From an uncultured Planctomycetota bacterium (GTDB lineage Bacteria; Planctomycetota; Planctomycetia; Isosphaerales; Isosphaeraceae), in contig CAWGMQ010000004.1 of NCBI GenBank assembly GCA_963823665.1, positions 1,600,001 to 1,664,000 on the forward strand: DNA of 64,000 bases, given 5' to 3'. The notes below the pieces were generated by a model. It was not told the origin of the DNA, searched no databases, and saw nothing but the letters and a program-made list of their open reading frames with translations. Shown in pieces: positions 50,870 through 63,100 of the stretch (the first letter of the stretch is position 1; each line of letters begins with the position of its first letter). A program made the position numbers and the translations under genes.

Positions 50870-51577
50870 ATGCCCCCGAACTCACGTGCCGTGGTCCTTC
50901 TGAGCGGCGGCCTCGACTCCGCCACCGCGATGGCGGAAGCTCGAGCGGCCGGTTTCGAGCGATTCACACTCACCGTCCGGTATGGCCAGCGCCATGCCGT
51001 CGAGATCGAAGCCGCCCGGCGTGTTGCACAATCCCTCGGCTCCTCCCGCCACGTCGAGCTCGAGATCGATCTCCGCGGCTTCGGTGGTAGTGCGCTCACG
51101 GCCGCGTTTGAAGTTCCCAAAGACCGGACCGAAGACGCGATGGCGCACGGCATTCCCATCACATACGTCCCCGCGCGCAACACCGTCTTCCTCTCCCTTG
51201 CGCTTGCATGGGCCGAGACCTTGGACGCGTTCGACATTTTTATCGGCGTCAACTGCGTCGATTACTCGGGGTATCCCGACTGCCGGCCGGAGTTTCTTCG
51301 TGCGTTCGAACAGCTCGCCAACCTGGCCACACGTGCCGGCGTCGAGAATCGCGGGAGTTTTCGGATCCACGCGCCGCTCTTGAACATGGATAAAGAGCAG
51401 ATCATCACGCGCGGCCGAGCGCTCGGCGTCGATTTCAGCCTGACGCATTCTTGCTACGACCCGGCGCCTTCCGGGCTCGCATGCGGACGCTGTGATGCCT
51501 GCCGGATTCGCCGGTCTGCCTTCAACAGGCTGGGGCTTGAAGATCCGATCGCTTACAGCTCACCCGGGGCGCCCTAG
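50870..51577 (+). CDS. queC: 7-cyano-7-deazaguanine synthase
   Basis: [44 protein letters not shown]. Confidence 0.97.
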   Translation: MPPNSRAVVLLSGGLDSATAMAEARAAGFERFTLTVRYGQRHAVEIEAARRVAQSLGSSRHVELEIDLRGFGGSALTAAFEVPKDRTEDAMAHGIPITYVPARNTVFLSLALAWAETLDAFDIFIGVNCVDYSGYPDCRPEFLRAFEQLANLATRAGVENRGSFRIHAPLLNMDKEQIITRGRALGVDFSLTHSCYDPAPSGLACGRCDACRIRRSAFNRLGLEDPIAYSSPGAP

Positions 51578-51590
51578 TGTCCCGACAATC

Positions 51591-52376
51591 TCACCAGTAA
51601 ACCCATTCGTACGGTGGGTCGTTCAAATAGATTTCCTTCTCGCTCAGATTGTGCTCGTCGCCGCGCCGGATGAAATCGATCCGGAGCGTCTTGTACTTGA
51701 CGGTCGGCTTGCCGCCGGAAGGCGGCGGTATTTCCTTGTAGCCGTCGGAAAGCCCCCGGACGTAGATGCTGAACCGGTCCGACTTCGGATCCCACTTGTC
51801 CCAGGTGGCGACGCCGAACACTGAGTCGTCGACATCAGGCTTCGTGCTGGGTGGAATCACACCCATGATGTTGACAGCTCCCAGGAGCGGATTCGCCGCG
51901 TCCTCGCGAGCTTGAATCAACGGCACGGCCTGCGGGATGACGTTGTCGTAGAACTTCGTACCTTGCTCGTTCACCATGATGAATTGGGGAACGAAGGTGC
52001 GAGGCTTACCCGTTCGGTTCGTGACCTTGTAATACAGGTAATGAACCTGTTTGCGGCCCTTGCCCGGAATCTCGACCGTCTTGATCCGGAGTGGTTTGAA
52101 CGCGAAATCAAGAACCCAGATGCCGTCCTTATCGCGCGGAAGGAGCGCCGTATTCACGAGTTGCACGTTGAACACATTGCGGTCATGCGGCACCGGAATC
52201 GTCCGCAACTCGGGAACGAGCGGTTTTTCTTCAATGGGCGGTGGATCCACGAGCGGCACGCCGCCCTGCTGAGCAAAGCAGGGGGTCGCGATCATTGCGA
52301 CCAAGAGCGCCGGGATCATCCAGCCGTGAAGGCCGCTCACGCCTCGGGCACGCTCGCTCGAACGAAAAATGGACAC
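51591..52376 (-). CDS. Exported hypothetical protein (planctomycete-type)
   Basis: Signal peptide (ALLVAMIATPCFA); WVLDFAFKPLR...YLYYKVTN...GVATW...FSIYVRGLS...KTLRIDF.R.GD. Start uncertain. Confidence 0.75.
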   Translation of the reverse strand: MSIFRSSERARGVSGLHGWMIPALLVAMIATPCFAQQGGVPLVDPPPIEEKPLVPELRTIPVPHDRNVFNVQLVNTALLPRDKDGIWVLDFAFKPLRIKTVEIPGKGRKQVHYLYYKVTNRTGKPRTFVPQFIMVNEQGTKFYDNVIPQAVPLIQAREDAANPLLGAVNIMGVIPPSTKPDVDDSVFGVATWDKWDPKSDRFSIYVRGLSDGYKEIPPPSGGKPTVKYKTLRIDFIRRGDEHNLSEKEIYLNDPPYEWVYW

Positions 52377-52687
52377 GGAATCGACTCCCCGTGATACGTG
52401 AGGTATGGCTTGCGGCGACGTATCGAATCGAAAGGTTTGGTCTGCCTCGAGAAGTGAATGGCTCGCAGACTCATTCACATCTAGCCAAAAAACCGTGGTT
52501 GCGTCAACGCGTATTTCGCGATTCTTGGAAATGTAGCAAATCCAGGAAGGATAAACAAACAAATCCCGTCCTGGTTATTGGGGTGCAATCGTGAGCAGGC
52601 TGGGTTGAAAGGATCGAAGCGATTCTTACAATAAGGGTTAGTCCAATCGATTGCAGGGGAAACGCGTCGGTCGAGGGAGGGTGGCAC

Positions 52688-53740
52688 TTGGTCCTACGCT
52701 GTTTATGGGTTACTGCGGCACTGTGTTTGACGTCAGCGGGAATGCCGGCGCTGCGGGCCGGCGAATTCGAGACCGTGATACTGAAGGACGGACAGCGGGT
52801 TATTGGTGAAATTGTGGCCGAGCGGGCGGCCGCCCTTTACATCGATCTGGGTTACGACATCCTCAGGATCCCCAAAGACCAGGTGCTGCGGCGAGCCAAG
52901 GGGGTTGAAGCGGCGCCCGGTCCGCGCGCCAGTGCCCGGTCTCTTGAGGAGGATAGCTCGGGCTTCTACACGACGGGCGTATTGAAGCCATCCCCGGTCA
53001 AGGAACTGGTTGGCAAGTTCGGCGAAGCGGTGATCTCGATCGAGACGCCGTCGGGCAAGGGCTCGGGGTTCTTGATCAACAGAGATGGGTATGCGATCAC
53101 CAACGATCACGTCATTCAAGGGGAGACCCGCATCTCGGCCATCCTCTACGTGAATGTTCCCGGTGGGTTCAGCCGGCGCCGGATTGAAGACGTGGAAGTC
53201 ATCGCCCTCAATCCGTTCGTCGATCTGGCTCTCCTCAAGTTACCGCTGCCGTCCGACTTGAAACCAAGCCACGTCGTTCTGGGTAATTCTGACGACGTCA
53301 ATGCCGGTGACACCGTTTTTGCGGTGGGAAACCCGCTGGGGCTGGAACGCTCGGTGACGTCCGGCATCGTCAGTAATCGCAGCAGGAGCCTGGAGGGCCA
53401 GCTCTTTCTCCAGACCGACACGGCGATCAATCCGGGCAACTCCGGCGGGCCCTTGTTCAACCAGCGAGGCGAAGTGATCGGCGTGACGAGTCGCGGTTTT
53501 CATGCCGCGTTCGCCGACAACCTGGGTTTTGCGATTCCCGTCTCTTATGTCAAGGAATTCATCCATCATCGGGAAGCCTTTGCATATGACAAGGCCAACC
53601 CGAACAGCGGTTTTCGGTATCTGGACCCTCCACGCCGACAAATTGTGAGCCAACCGGAAGGCTTGAAGGCGCGGACGAGCGGGGGCAAGAAGGCGGCAGA
53701 CTCCACAGGCAAGCCTGACGGGCCCGCGGCCGGGAAATGA
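52688..53740 (+). CDS. Trypsin-like (S1C) serine protease without PDZ domain
   Basis: GSGFLI, ITNDHV (His), DLALLK (Asp), AINPGNSGGPL (Ser); signal peptide. Confidence 0.9.
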   Translation: MVLRCLWVTAALCLTSAGMPALRAGEFETVILKDGQRVIGEIVAERAAALYIDLGYDILRIPKDQVLRRAKGVEAAPGPRASARSLEEDSSGFYTTGVLKPSPVKELVGKFGEAVISIETPSGKGSGFLINRDGYAITNDHVIQGETRISAILYVNVPGGFSRRRIEDVEVIALNPFVDLALLKLPLPSDLKPSHVVLGNSDDVNAGDTVFAVGNPLGLERSVTSGIVSNRSRSLEGQLFLQTDTAINPGNSGGPLFNQRGEVIGVTSRGFHAAFADNLGFAIPVSYVKEFIHHREAFAYDKANPNSGFRYLDPPRRQIVSQPEGLKARTSGGKKAADSTGKPDGPAAGK

Positions 53741-53945
53741 AGCCGTCCGCTCGAGGAGAGCCTGGCCTGGTACGCTCTGGCAGGTAGAATTCTCTCATCG
53801 AAGTGAAGTGATTCGTCGGTCACCGCCGGCGGCGGGTCAGGCTTGGAGCCTGGCGCGAGGTGTTTAACCCTGGCTCGTTGCCGGGGTCGCATGACCTACT
53901 CCCTCGTCCGGTGAGCGAGGGGTGCCTAAAACGGAGTTTCATTTG

Positions 53946-55805
53946 ATGCGTACTGCGAAGATCGCCATATTTCGCTGGGCTTTCCTGGGATGTGCGGGGC
54001 TCGTCGCGGGCTTGGGGCTCCCGATCCAGCAGGCCCAGGCTGCGGCACCCCCCGAGCGAATTCTCCCAGACTCGACCGTGTTCATGATCAAGCTGAACGA
54101 CGCCAAGTCGTTCCGCGAAGCATTCCGCGCCAGTCAATACGGCCAGCTCTGGAACGACCCCGCGCTCAAAGGCTTTCGTGACGAGCTCGCCCAGAAGCTG
54201 ACCGACGCCACCAAGGATTTAAGCGAAAAGATCGGTGTCACCGTAGGTGACCTGGTCGAGCTCCCCCAGGGTGCTCTGGCCGTTGCCGCCATCGCCAAGG
54301 ATCCCGCGCGTGAAGAGAAGGATCCCACGCGTGAAGGGGCAGTTGCCTCCAGTCTCCCTGTCGATATCGTGCTGCTGGCTGATACTGGTGAAAACGAGAA
54401 GAAGATGCTCGACGTGCTTGAAAGAGCCACCAAGCAGGCGGCGGAGCGGTCCGACGCCAAGGTCTCATCCGAATCGTTCAACGGGCTGACGATCCACACG
54501 CTTCGGTTCCCGCCTGCGACGCAAGAAAAAGCCGACAAGGACAAACCCGCGCCCCAGCCGACTGTCGTCAACTGGACCAACTCGGGCAGCGTTTTCTTCA
54601 TCACGACCAGTCTCGGGGCCATCAAGGACCTGGCTGCCCATCGCGACGGTCGCGAAAATGCCCTGGGGGCGACCGACGCCTATCTGAAGACCCAGGCGAA
54701 GACTGATTCCGCCAAGTCCCAGGTTGTCTGGTATCTCGACGTCGCCAAGCTCGTCAAAATCGTGCTCAAGGCCAATGCCAAGGATGCCGACGCTCAGCAG
54801 ACCGACGGGATGGTTCAAGACCTCGGCGTGTATGGTCTCAAATCGATCGGCGGCTGCCTGACCCTGGGCACCGGCAACTACGACAGCCTGACGAAGACCT
54901 TCGTCCATGCGCCCCGGCCCGTCGCCGGCCTCCTGAAAATCTTCTCCTTGCCGCCCATAACGCTTCGTCCGGAGTCATGGGTGCCCGCCACCGTCGCCAG
55001 CTACCAGACCGTAAGCTTCGACCTGGACAACGCCTTCGTCGCCCTCAACGAAATCGCCAACAAGTTTCAGCCAGGGCTCCTCAACATGGTCGAGCAGGGG
55101 CTCGTGGGCCCCAACGGTGGCCAGCCACTCAGCTTCCAGAACGATGTATTCGGCCCCCTGGGCGATCGGATCACCGTGATCAGCGACTTCAAGAAACCGA
55201 TCAAGGAAGACAGCCAGCGTATGCTCGTCGCGGTGAGCCTCGAAGACACCAAGGCTTTTCAGAATACGCTTTCCAGGTTGCTCGAACTGACCGGTGTAGC
55301 CCCACAGAAACGTGAGTTTCAGGGCACGACGATTTATGACCTGGACCTGAACATCCCTAATCAGGGCGCGGGCGGGCCCCAGATGAGCGGCCCGATCAGC
55401 ATCGCGATTGCCAAGGATACGCTGTTCATGACCAGCGACACCACCCTGCTTGAGCAGGTCCTCCGGCAAGGAAATCCCGCGTTGGTCGACAGCGCGTCGT
55501 TCCAGAGCATTGCCAAGGAATATCCCGAAAAAGCCAGCGGCTTGAGCTACGTGCGCCCCGACGAATCTGCCCGTCTCTCGTACGACCTGGTCAAGAGCGG
55601 CAAGTTCGAGAAGGCCATTCAGCAAGCGGCAGCCTCCCGCGCCCCGGGTGGCGACCTCCCGAACCTCGGGAAAATCATTCCTGGCGACAAGCTCCCCGAT
55701 TTCTCGGTCTTCGCCAAGTATCTGTCGCTCGGCGGCGGATTCAGCACGATGGACGAGGACGGATTCATGATGACCGGCTTCACCCTCCGCCGCCCCGGCC
55801 CGTAA
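53946..55805 (+). CDS. Exported hypothetical protein (DUF3352-like suspected)
   Basis: Long ORF with strong GC3 bias; signal peptide ending AQA; PERILPDST N-terminus. Confidence 0.75.
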   Translation: MRTAKIAIFRWAFLGCAGLVAGLGLPIQQAQAAAPPERILPDSTVFMIKLNDAKSFREAFRASQYGQLWNDPALKGFRDELAQKLTDATKDLSEKIGVTVGDLVELPQGALAVAAIAKDPAREEKDPTREGAVASSLPVDIVLLADTGENEKKMLDVLERATKQAAERSDAKVSSESFNGLTIHTLRFPPATQEKADKDKPAPQPTVVNWTNSGSVFFITTSLGAIKDLAAHRDGRENALGATDAYLKTQAKTDSAKSQVVWYLDVAKLVKIVLKANAKDADAQQTDGMVQDLGVYGLKSIGGCLTLGTGNYDSLTKTFVHAPRPVAGLLKIFSLPPITLRPESWVPATVASYQTVSFDLDNAFVALNEIANKFQPGLLNMVEQGLVGPNGGQPLSFQNDVFGPLGDRITVISDFKKPIKEDSQRMLVAVSLEDTKAFQNTLSRLLELTGVAPQKREFQGTTIYDLDLNIPNQGAGGPQMSGPISIAIAKDTLFMTSDTTLLEQVLRQGNPALVDSASFQSIAKEYPEKASGLSYVRPDESARLSYDLVKSGKFEKAIQQAAASRAPGGDLPNLGKIIPGDKLPDFSVFAKYLSLGGGFSTMDEDGFMMTGFTLRRPGP

Positions 55806-55896
55806 GCGGGCACCACCGGCAGAACAACCCCAGTGACTTCTTCCGGCATTGCAAAGCGGGGAGCTCGCCGCACGACTCCCCTCTCAACGAACCGCT

Positions 55897-55944
55897 CGCC
55901 CCCTTCCCCCCCTCCTCGCCAGGGGGCCAGGGGGCGTTTTATTT
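55897..55944 (+). terminator. Probable intrinsic terminator
   Basis: Outer stem cgccccct/agggggcg, inner ccccct/aggggg, followed by ttttattt; downstream of the plus-strand gene. Confidence 0.6.
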
Positions 55945-57148
55945 GAAGACGCACACTCGGAGGCGCGGCTGACCATCAACCTTCGCGCACTGCGAATCGG
56001 GGTGCGCTCGAAAGTCGCGTACACACAGTCGGAGCCGCCTCGCGCGATATGATCCCTCCGATAGACGACTACTTTTCAAAGAATTTCTTCCTTTTGATTC
56101 GTCGCACGCACGCTACCCTGTTCTCATCGACACCATTCGCAAGCGACGACGCAATCGATGTGTTCCGATGCAGAAATCGCCGTGCCTGAATATTCTTGTC
56201 CTTTTATGGCAATCGTGTTCTACGCTTTCGCCATGCGAACGATTTTTTCTCGAGGTTTTTCGACGCCGCGAATCGGTCACCCGGATCGATCTGCGCCTCA
56301 AGGTCACTTTTTTTTGCGCCGCCCACCAGAAAATTGCCGCGCAACTTCCGGCACACGGTATGTCACAAGTCTTGAATTGCCAACTGCTAAGGACTGCCTC
56401 AGAGCGCCGATTCAATCAGACAGCTCAGGCGTGACCTAAGAAATTTGGGAGAATTTTGTTGACTGGGGTATGTGAGGGCTTTATTTGTACTAAGACTGAC
56501 TAGGAAGTCTGAGCGATGAGCCAAGTTTCGCGAAAGGTCGAAGCTCTCTCACAGGCGAATGACTGTGGGTACTCACCGGCGAGAGTTCACCGGAGGATTC
56601 GATCGGACTGGGCGAGAGTCAGCTCGGGGAATGCAGGCGTTTCAAGGGGGGGGCGAACCGGTTTCTCACACGAGCGAATTGTGTGCGGTCTCAGAACTAG
56701 GCCGGGTTCCCTTGAAGCATTCGACGAGCAACGAGTGGTGGTTCTGACACACGGTTTCATAGCTCCTAGGGTTTCATAGGTGTTGTTGGCGGGTCTGATG
56801 CCCGCGACGATTTCGAGAGGCAGTGGGGCCGGGGCAAACTTCCGTATACGCCAGAGATCGGCTCGCCGGGTATACGTCCGGCGCGTCGGGGGGATTGTTC
56901 CGTCTTCTCCGTTTCGAGGCAGCCGCAAGTTTTGACTTGCCATCCGCGTTTTTCCAAGACTTTGAACAGTCTGCTGATCCATACGAGGCTTGCGAGCGCC
57001 CGTCGCTCGCGTAGCTGCTGCACCGTCTTCTTTCGTGTCATTCACCGACTGAGCTTCGGGCAGAGGTTGGCTCACCGTTACCGACGTCGGCCCTCAACGT
57101 TCTGGGAGATCTTCAGCAATGTCTGCTAACCGTCGTGACCGTGGCGTT

Positions 57149-60100
57149 ATGAGTAATCGGTTCGGTGTCAAATCACGCAGGCGTTCCCGCCAGTGGTGCA
57201 CGTTGGAACCGCTGGAGAGTCGCGTCGTGCTGTCGTACACGTTCTCACTCACGGGCCAGACCGCGACGGTGACCCCGGTCGCCAGCACTGGCGGACCGAT
57301 TCTGATCGACGAGGTCATGATCTCGGGTAACCCATTCCTCGAATGGAGCCAGGACAACGGAGCTACGTTCTCGGTCGACTGGGATTCGTCGACACCAGGC
57401 GACCAGACTTTGCCCGCGACCACGGCGTCAACCATCGACCTCACGCCGACCACCGGCGCGGGTTCGTCGATCACCCTTGGCGATCTGCCGAGCCCCGCGA
57501 GCAATATCTTCGCGACGTTCCACCTGGGAGTTGTCGGAACACCCGCGAACAACTCAGTGACCATCGACGACCGCACGAGCACCCAAGCGGCGGGGACTTA
57601 TGACTTCTACTCCACCCTGGGCACGATCACCGGTCCAGGGGGCGCGACGGGCGGGATCAACTTCACCTCGTTCGGGCCGGTCAACTCCTATCTCGTCGAG
57701 GGCGGTCCGGCCGACAACACCTTCGACATTCACTCGACATTCAACGCCACCACGACAAGTAACACCATCGTGGGGGGCGCTGGCAACAATACGGTGAACG
57801 TACTGGGTGACACTTCCCCGGGCATCGGCACACCGCTGACGATCAACCTCGGGGGCGGCACGAACATCGTCAACGTCGGCAATGGCAACACCGGTGCGAC
57901 AATCTCGAGCACGGTGCAGGTGACGGACCCCGCCACGCTGAACATTGACGACACGGCTGACACCACCCATTCGACGGCCACGCTCGATTTCTCAGGGAAT
58001 CCCGCCGCTCCCTTTCAAGTGACGGGCCTAGGGGGGGCCATCCAGTACGGCACCGGCGTCACCGCACTCAACGTCAGCGGCGGCACCTTCGGCGCGACTG
58101 GCGTTACTTACGACGTCGATAACACACAGGCCGGCACGACCACCACGATCAACGGCGGGCCCAACGCGAATACCTACAATCTCAGCAATTCCGGCGAGGC
58201 CGGCGGCCTCGATAATCTGCCCGGCCCGGTCGTGGTCAACGGCGGCGGCGCGGGGGACGCTATCATCGCAGATGACTCTGATAACGTTGCCAACTACAAT
58301 TACACCGTCACTGACACGACCGTTACCGATACCGGACTCTTCGGTGGCTTGACCTACGGCGGACTCGGGACCGGCGGCGCCCTGAACCTCAACGCCAGCC
58401 AGGGCAGCAACGTCATCGACGTGGACGACACGGCCGACAACGTCGACACCAGTGTCTCCAGCGAAGCAGGGGTCGATACCGTCAATGTCAACGGCACCGG
58501 CACGGGTGCGACGCTCTTGATCGCGACCGGCGACTCCACCTCCGATCCCGCCACGGTCAACGTGCTTGCCGACAACGAGCCGGTCAATATCTCGAGCTTC
58601 GCCAGTTTCCCGACCATCACAACGGTCAACATCGGCTCGACCGGCGGCCCGGGCACAATGGCCGGCATCCAGGGCCCGATCTCGGTCGTGAATGCTCCCT
58701 CCTTCACCTCACTCAATTTCCACGACGAGAACGACACCACCGGCCAGACCTGGACGCTCGACAACGACGACAGTACTCCGACCGGCACCGTCGCGGTCAC
58801 CGGCAGCGCCACGACGACCTACGATCCCGTCGATCTCTCCGACATGACGGTCAATGGCGGCAGCGGCGGCAACACGTTCATCGTGGACAACACCTCCGGG
58901 TTCTACCCGACGACCCTCAACACCGGCACGGGTGACGACACCACCACCGTCTTCGCCACCGGCGATGACACGCTCAATATCCAGGGCCAGGATGGTACCG
59001 ACACGGTCACCCTCGGCAGCAGCCTCGTGGCCCCGCTCGGCATGCAAGGACTGACTGGCACGATCAACGTCGACAACACCCTCGGCTCGACGGACCTCGT
59101 CCTCGACGACTCCCAAGACCCCGTCGGGCAGACCGCGCTTTTCTTCAATGACGGCACCAACGGCCAGGTCACCGGCCTTTCCCCGGCCACCATCAACTAC
59201 ACCGACAGCGGCACCGACAGCTTGACCGTTGCTGGTGGCTCAGGCGGCAACACCTTCACCATCGACGGCACGCTGGCTAACCCGGCGGTCGTCCCGACCG
59301 TCACCGACATCACCACCGGCACCGGCGACGACACAACGTTCGTCGAAGCGACCTCCGCCGGCAGCCAGCTCAACATCCACGGCCAGGCAGGCCAGGATGC
59401 TGTCATCATCAGCTTCTTCGGCAGCGTCGCCGACATCCTGGGCCCGGTCTTCGTCGACAACGAGTTCGGCTTCACCGACCTCACGGTCGATTCCTCGGCC
59501 GACCTGATCAGCCACACCTTCACCTTGTCGAGCACGGCGCTTACCAGCACCCTGACCGGGCTGGCACCGGCCGATATCACCTACACGACCCTCGATCTGA
59601 GCTCGCTGACCATCAACACCAGCGACTTCGGCACCCAGGTGATGAATATCGACATGAGCGGCGGCAACCCGATCCCGTATGTCGACACGCCGGGCCTGAC
59701 CTGGAATGCGAGTCCCGACGGTGGCGGCGGCTTCGATACACACGCCCTGAACATCTTTGGCACGCTCCCCACCGGTCCGTTCGCCAGCGAGACCCACAAC
59801 GCCAATGATCAGAGCGTCTTCCCCCAGGTCGGCCAGTACGGCTCCATCTTCTTCGACGACGGCCAGGGAACATTCTCGAGCCTCACGAGCCTCTGGTACA
59901 CCGGCCTTTCGCCGATCACTGACACGACCCCGGCGACAAACTACACCTTCAACGACTTCGGCTATCCCGACCAGTCCTTCAGCGCCACCACCGGCCCGAT
60001 CGTCGGCGGCTTCCAGACCCTCGAGTTCGCCAGCACCCCCACGCCGCCCTTCCCGACCAACTTCGAGACCACCGATATCGCCAACAAGAGCTTCGTGACG

Positions 60101-63100
60101 TTCAACACACCGCCCTCGATCCCCCCCATCCCCAATAACGGCGTGATCGGCACGGTCAACATCCCGATTCCTTCCGACGGTCTGCTCTCCCTCACGTTCA
60201 ACACGCCCACCGGCGGCACGGATACCGTCTCGTTCGTCAACACACCCCCCGGAGTCGTCACCTCCTACTTCGACGGCTCCGGCAACGCCATCACCGACGT
60301 CACCGGATTGGGCGTCGCCGACGGCACCGTCTTGTTCTTGAACGGCGGCGCCGGCTTCAACACCCTGGATTACGACGCCGGCGGCGAGGTTCCCACCATC
60401 ACGCCGGGATTGTTGCCCGGCGAAGTATTGATCACCATTCCAGGCGCCGGCATCGTCGATGCGATCAACTACGAGGCGATCAACATTTTCGACCTCGGCC
60501 CGCTGGTCATCACCCCAGGCCCGGCCGTGACCATCAACACGGTCGAGGGCTTCCAGAACGTCGACTCGATCGTCGGTACCTTCACCGCGCCGATCCTCCC
60601 CATCCCGGGCCCTCCGGGCTTCCCCGCCGGCGACTTCACCGCCTCGATCGACTGGGGCGACCCGTCTCCGGACCCCGATGCAGGCACCATCACCCAGGAT
60701 GCCAGCGACCCCAGCGTCTACTACATCACCGGCACCCACACCTTCCTCGAGAACGGCACTTACACCGTCGCCAACACGGTCGCCTTCGCCGGCGGCACTT
60801 ACACCGCGCCGGTTAACGGCGTGCCGATCACCATCACCTTCGGCCCAGCCGGACCCACCCCGGGCACCGACGCCACCGCCAGCGTCACCCAGGGACCGCT
60901 GGCCGTCTCCGTCTTCCCGATCGTCGGCACCGAGGGCATCGCCATTCCCGCCGGACCGATTGCCACCTTCATCGATGCCGGCGGCGTCGATGCGATCGGC
61001 AGCTACTCCGCCTCGATCTCGATCTTCGACTCTGCCGGCACGCTCGCGGTCGGGCCGCTGCCGGCAACCAGCATCACCCAGAACGGCAACGCGGCCCAGT
61101 TCACCGTCAACGCCCCGACCTTCTCGTTGCCTGAAGAGGGCACCTACCAGGTCGTCGTCTCGGTCACCGACAGCGGCGGCACCACTCCGATCACCGTCTC
61201 GGGTGCCTCGTCGGCCGTCATTGCCGACGCCCCGCTGACGTCGGGCGCTGCCGTGCTTCAAACCGGAAACACCGGCATCACGCTCGTCGGCATCGGCGTG
61301 GGCAGCTTCACCGACGCCAACCCCGGCGCCATAACCAGCGATTTCACCGGCACCATCGACTGGGGCGACGGCTCGCCCAACAGCGTCGCCATCTTCGCCG
61401 GAGTCGGCGGCGGGGTCTTCGATGTCTCCGGCAGCCACACCTACGCCAAGCCGGGCGTTTATACGGTCACCACCAATGTCTTCGACGTCGGCGGCTCGAC
61501 GACCACTCTCATCGGCTCGTTCACGATCACCGATCTCCCCGTCACCGGCTCGACCAAGAGCTTCACCGCGGTCGAGGGCCAGAACACCGGTCCGTTCGTG
61601 CTGGCGACATTCGAGGATCCCAACACCCTGGCCACCGTCGCCGACGTCAGCGCCACGCTCGCCATCGGCGGCTGGGGCGACGGTACGCCAACCGTCGCGG
61701 GTGTCGGGCTCACAGTCCAGCAGACCGGCTTTGATCCGGCCAACGGCGACCCGATCTTCGAGGTCCTGGGCAGCCACACCTATACCGAGGAGACACCTCC
61801 GGGCCTGCCCAACACTCTCAGCGTCATCATCACGACTCTCGGCGGCGCGACGACCACGTTGACCAGCCCGCCGGGCGGCGGGGTCACCGTCCTCGACGCC
61901 GCGCTCACCAGCTTGAACGGCACCACGATCTCCGGCGTCGAGGGCAGCCCGACGACCACTGTTATCATCGGGGCCTTCAGCGACGCTAACCCGTTCGCCA
62001 CCAGCGCCGACTTCCTACCCCTGCCCGGCGGCAACGGGGGCTCGGTGGTGGTCAACTGGGGTGACGGCAGCGCCCCGCAGACCTTGACCGCCGCGAATAT
62101 CTCCGCAGTGGGCTCGCCGGTCGGCGTCGTCTTCAGCATCAACGCCCCGCACACCTACGCCGAGGAGGGGACATACCCGGTCGTCATCACGGTGACCGAC
62201 GATGGTGGCGCGACCACAATCGTCTCCTCGACGGCCGTGATCGCGGACGCCGCGCTCACCGCCGGTCCCCCCGTGGCAATCTCGGAGACCACCGGCGTGC
62301 CGTTCACCAACGTCGTCGTCGGCGATTTCATCGACGCCAACACCGTGCGCCGGCGAGCGACTTCACGGCCGTCATTCAGTGGGGCGACGGAACGCCCACC
62401 AGCCTGGGCACCGTCGTCGCCACCGCCACCCCCGGCGACTTCAACGTCGAGGGCAGCCACGTCTATGCCACTCCCGGCGTCTACGCCGTCACGATCGTGG
62501 TGACGGACGTCGGCGGCTCGCGTGTCACGCTCACCGCCACGGCCGGCGCAGCCACGATCACCGTCACCGACCTGCCGGTCACCGGCGCCGTCAACAACTT
62601 CACTGCGGTCGAGGGCCAGAACACCGGCACGATCGTGCTGGCGACCTTCGTCGACCCCAACACGCTGGCCACCGTGGCCGACGTGACGGCGTTCCTGCCG
62701 GTCGGCGGCTGGGGCGACGGTAAGCCGACCGTGGACACCACGCTTGCGGTCCAGCAGATCGGCGTCACGCCGCTCACCGGCGCAACCGATCCGGGCGACC
62801 CGATCTTCGAGGTGCTCGGCAGCCACACCTACACCGAAGAGGGTACCTTCACGGTCAACATCAGCGTCACCACCATCGGCGGCGTGACGACCACGCTGAC
62901 CCCCGGCACCGCCACCGTGCTCGACGCCCAGCTCACCAGCTCCAACGGCACCGAGATCACCGACATCGAGGGGAACACCAGCGGCACCGTCCTGCTCGGA
63001 ACCTTCACCGACGCCAACCAAGGCGCGACCGTCGCCGACTTCACCACCGCACCCGGCTCGACCGTGGTCAACTGGGGCGACGGCTCCGCTCCCCAGACCC

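Noticed and set aside
50870..51577. queC as part of a 7-deazaguanine DNA-modification or QatABCD defence system
   Set aside because: Canonical-length QueC with no dpdA, queD/E, TatD or ATPase neighbours; best read as housekeeping queuosine synthesis.
56828..56900. c-di-GMP-I riboswitch (GGGCAAAC seen)
   Set aside because: The GAAA-capped stem and GCAAAGC-type second element are not present.
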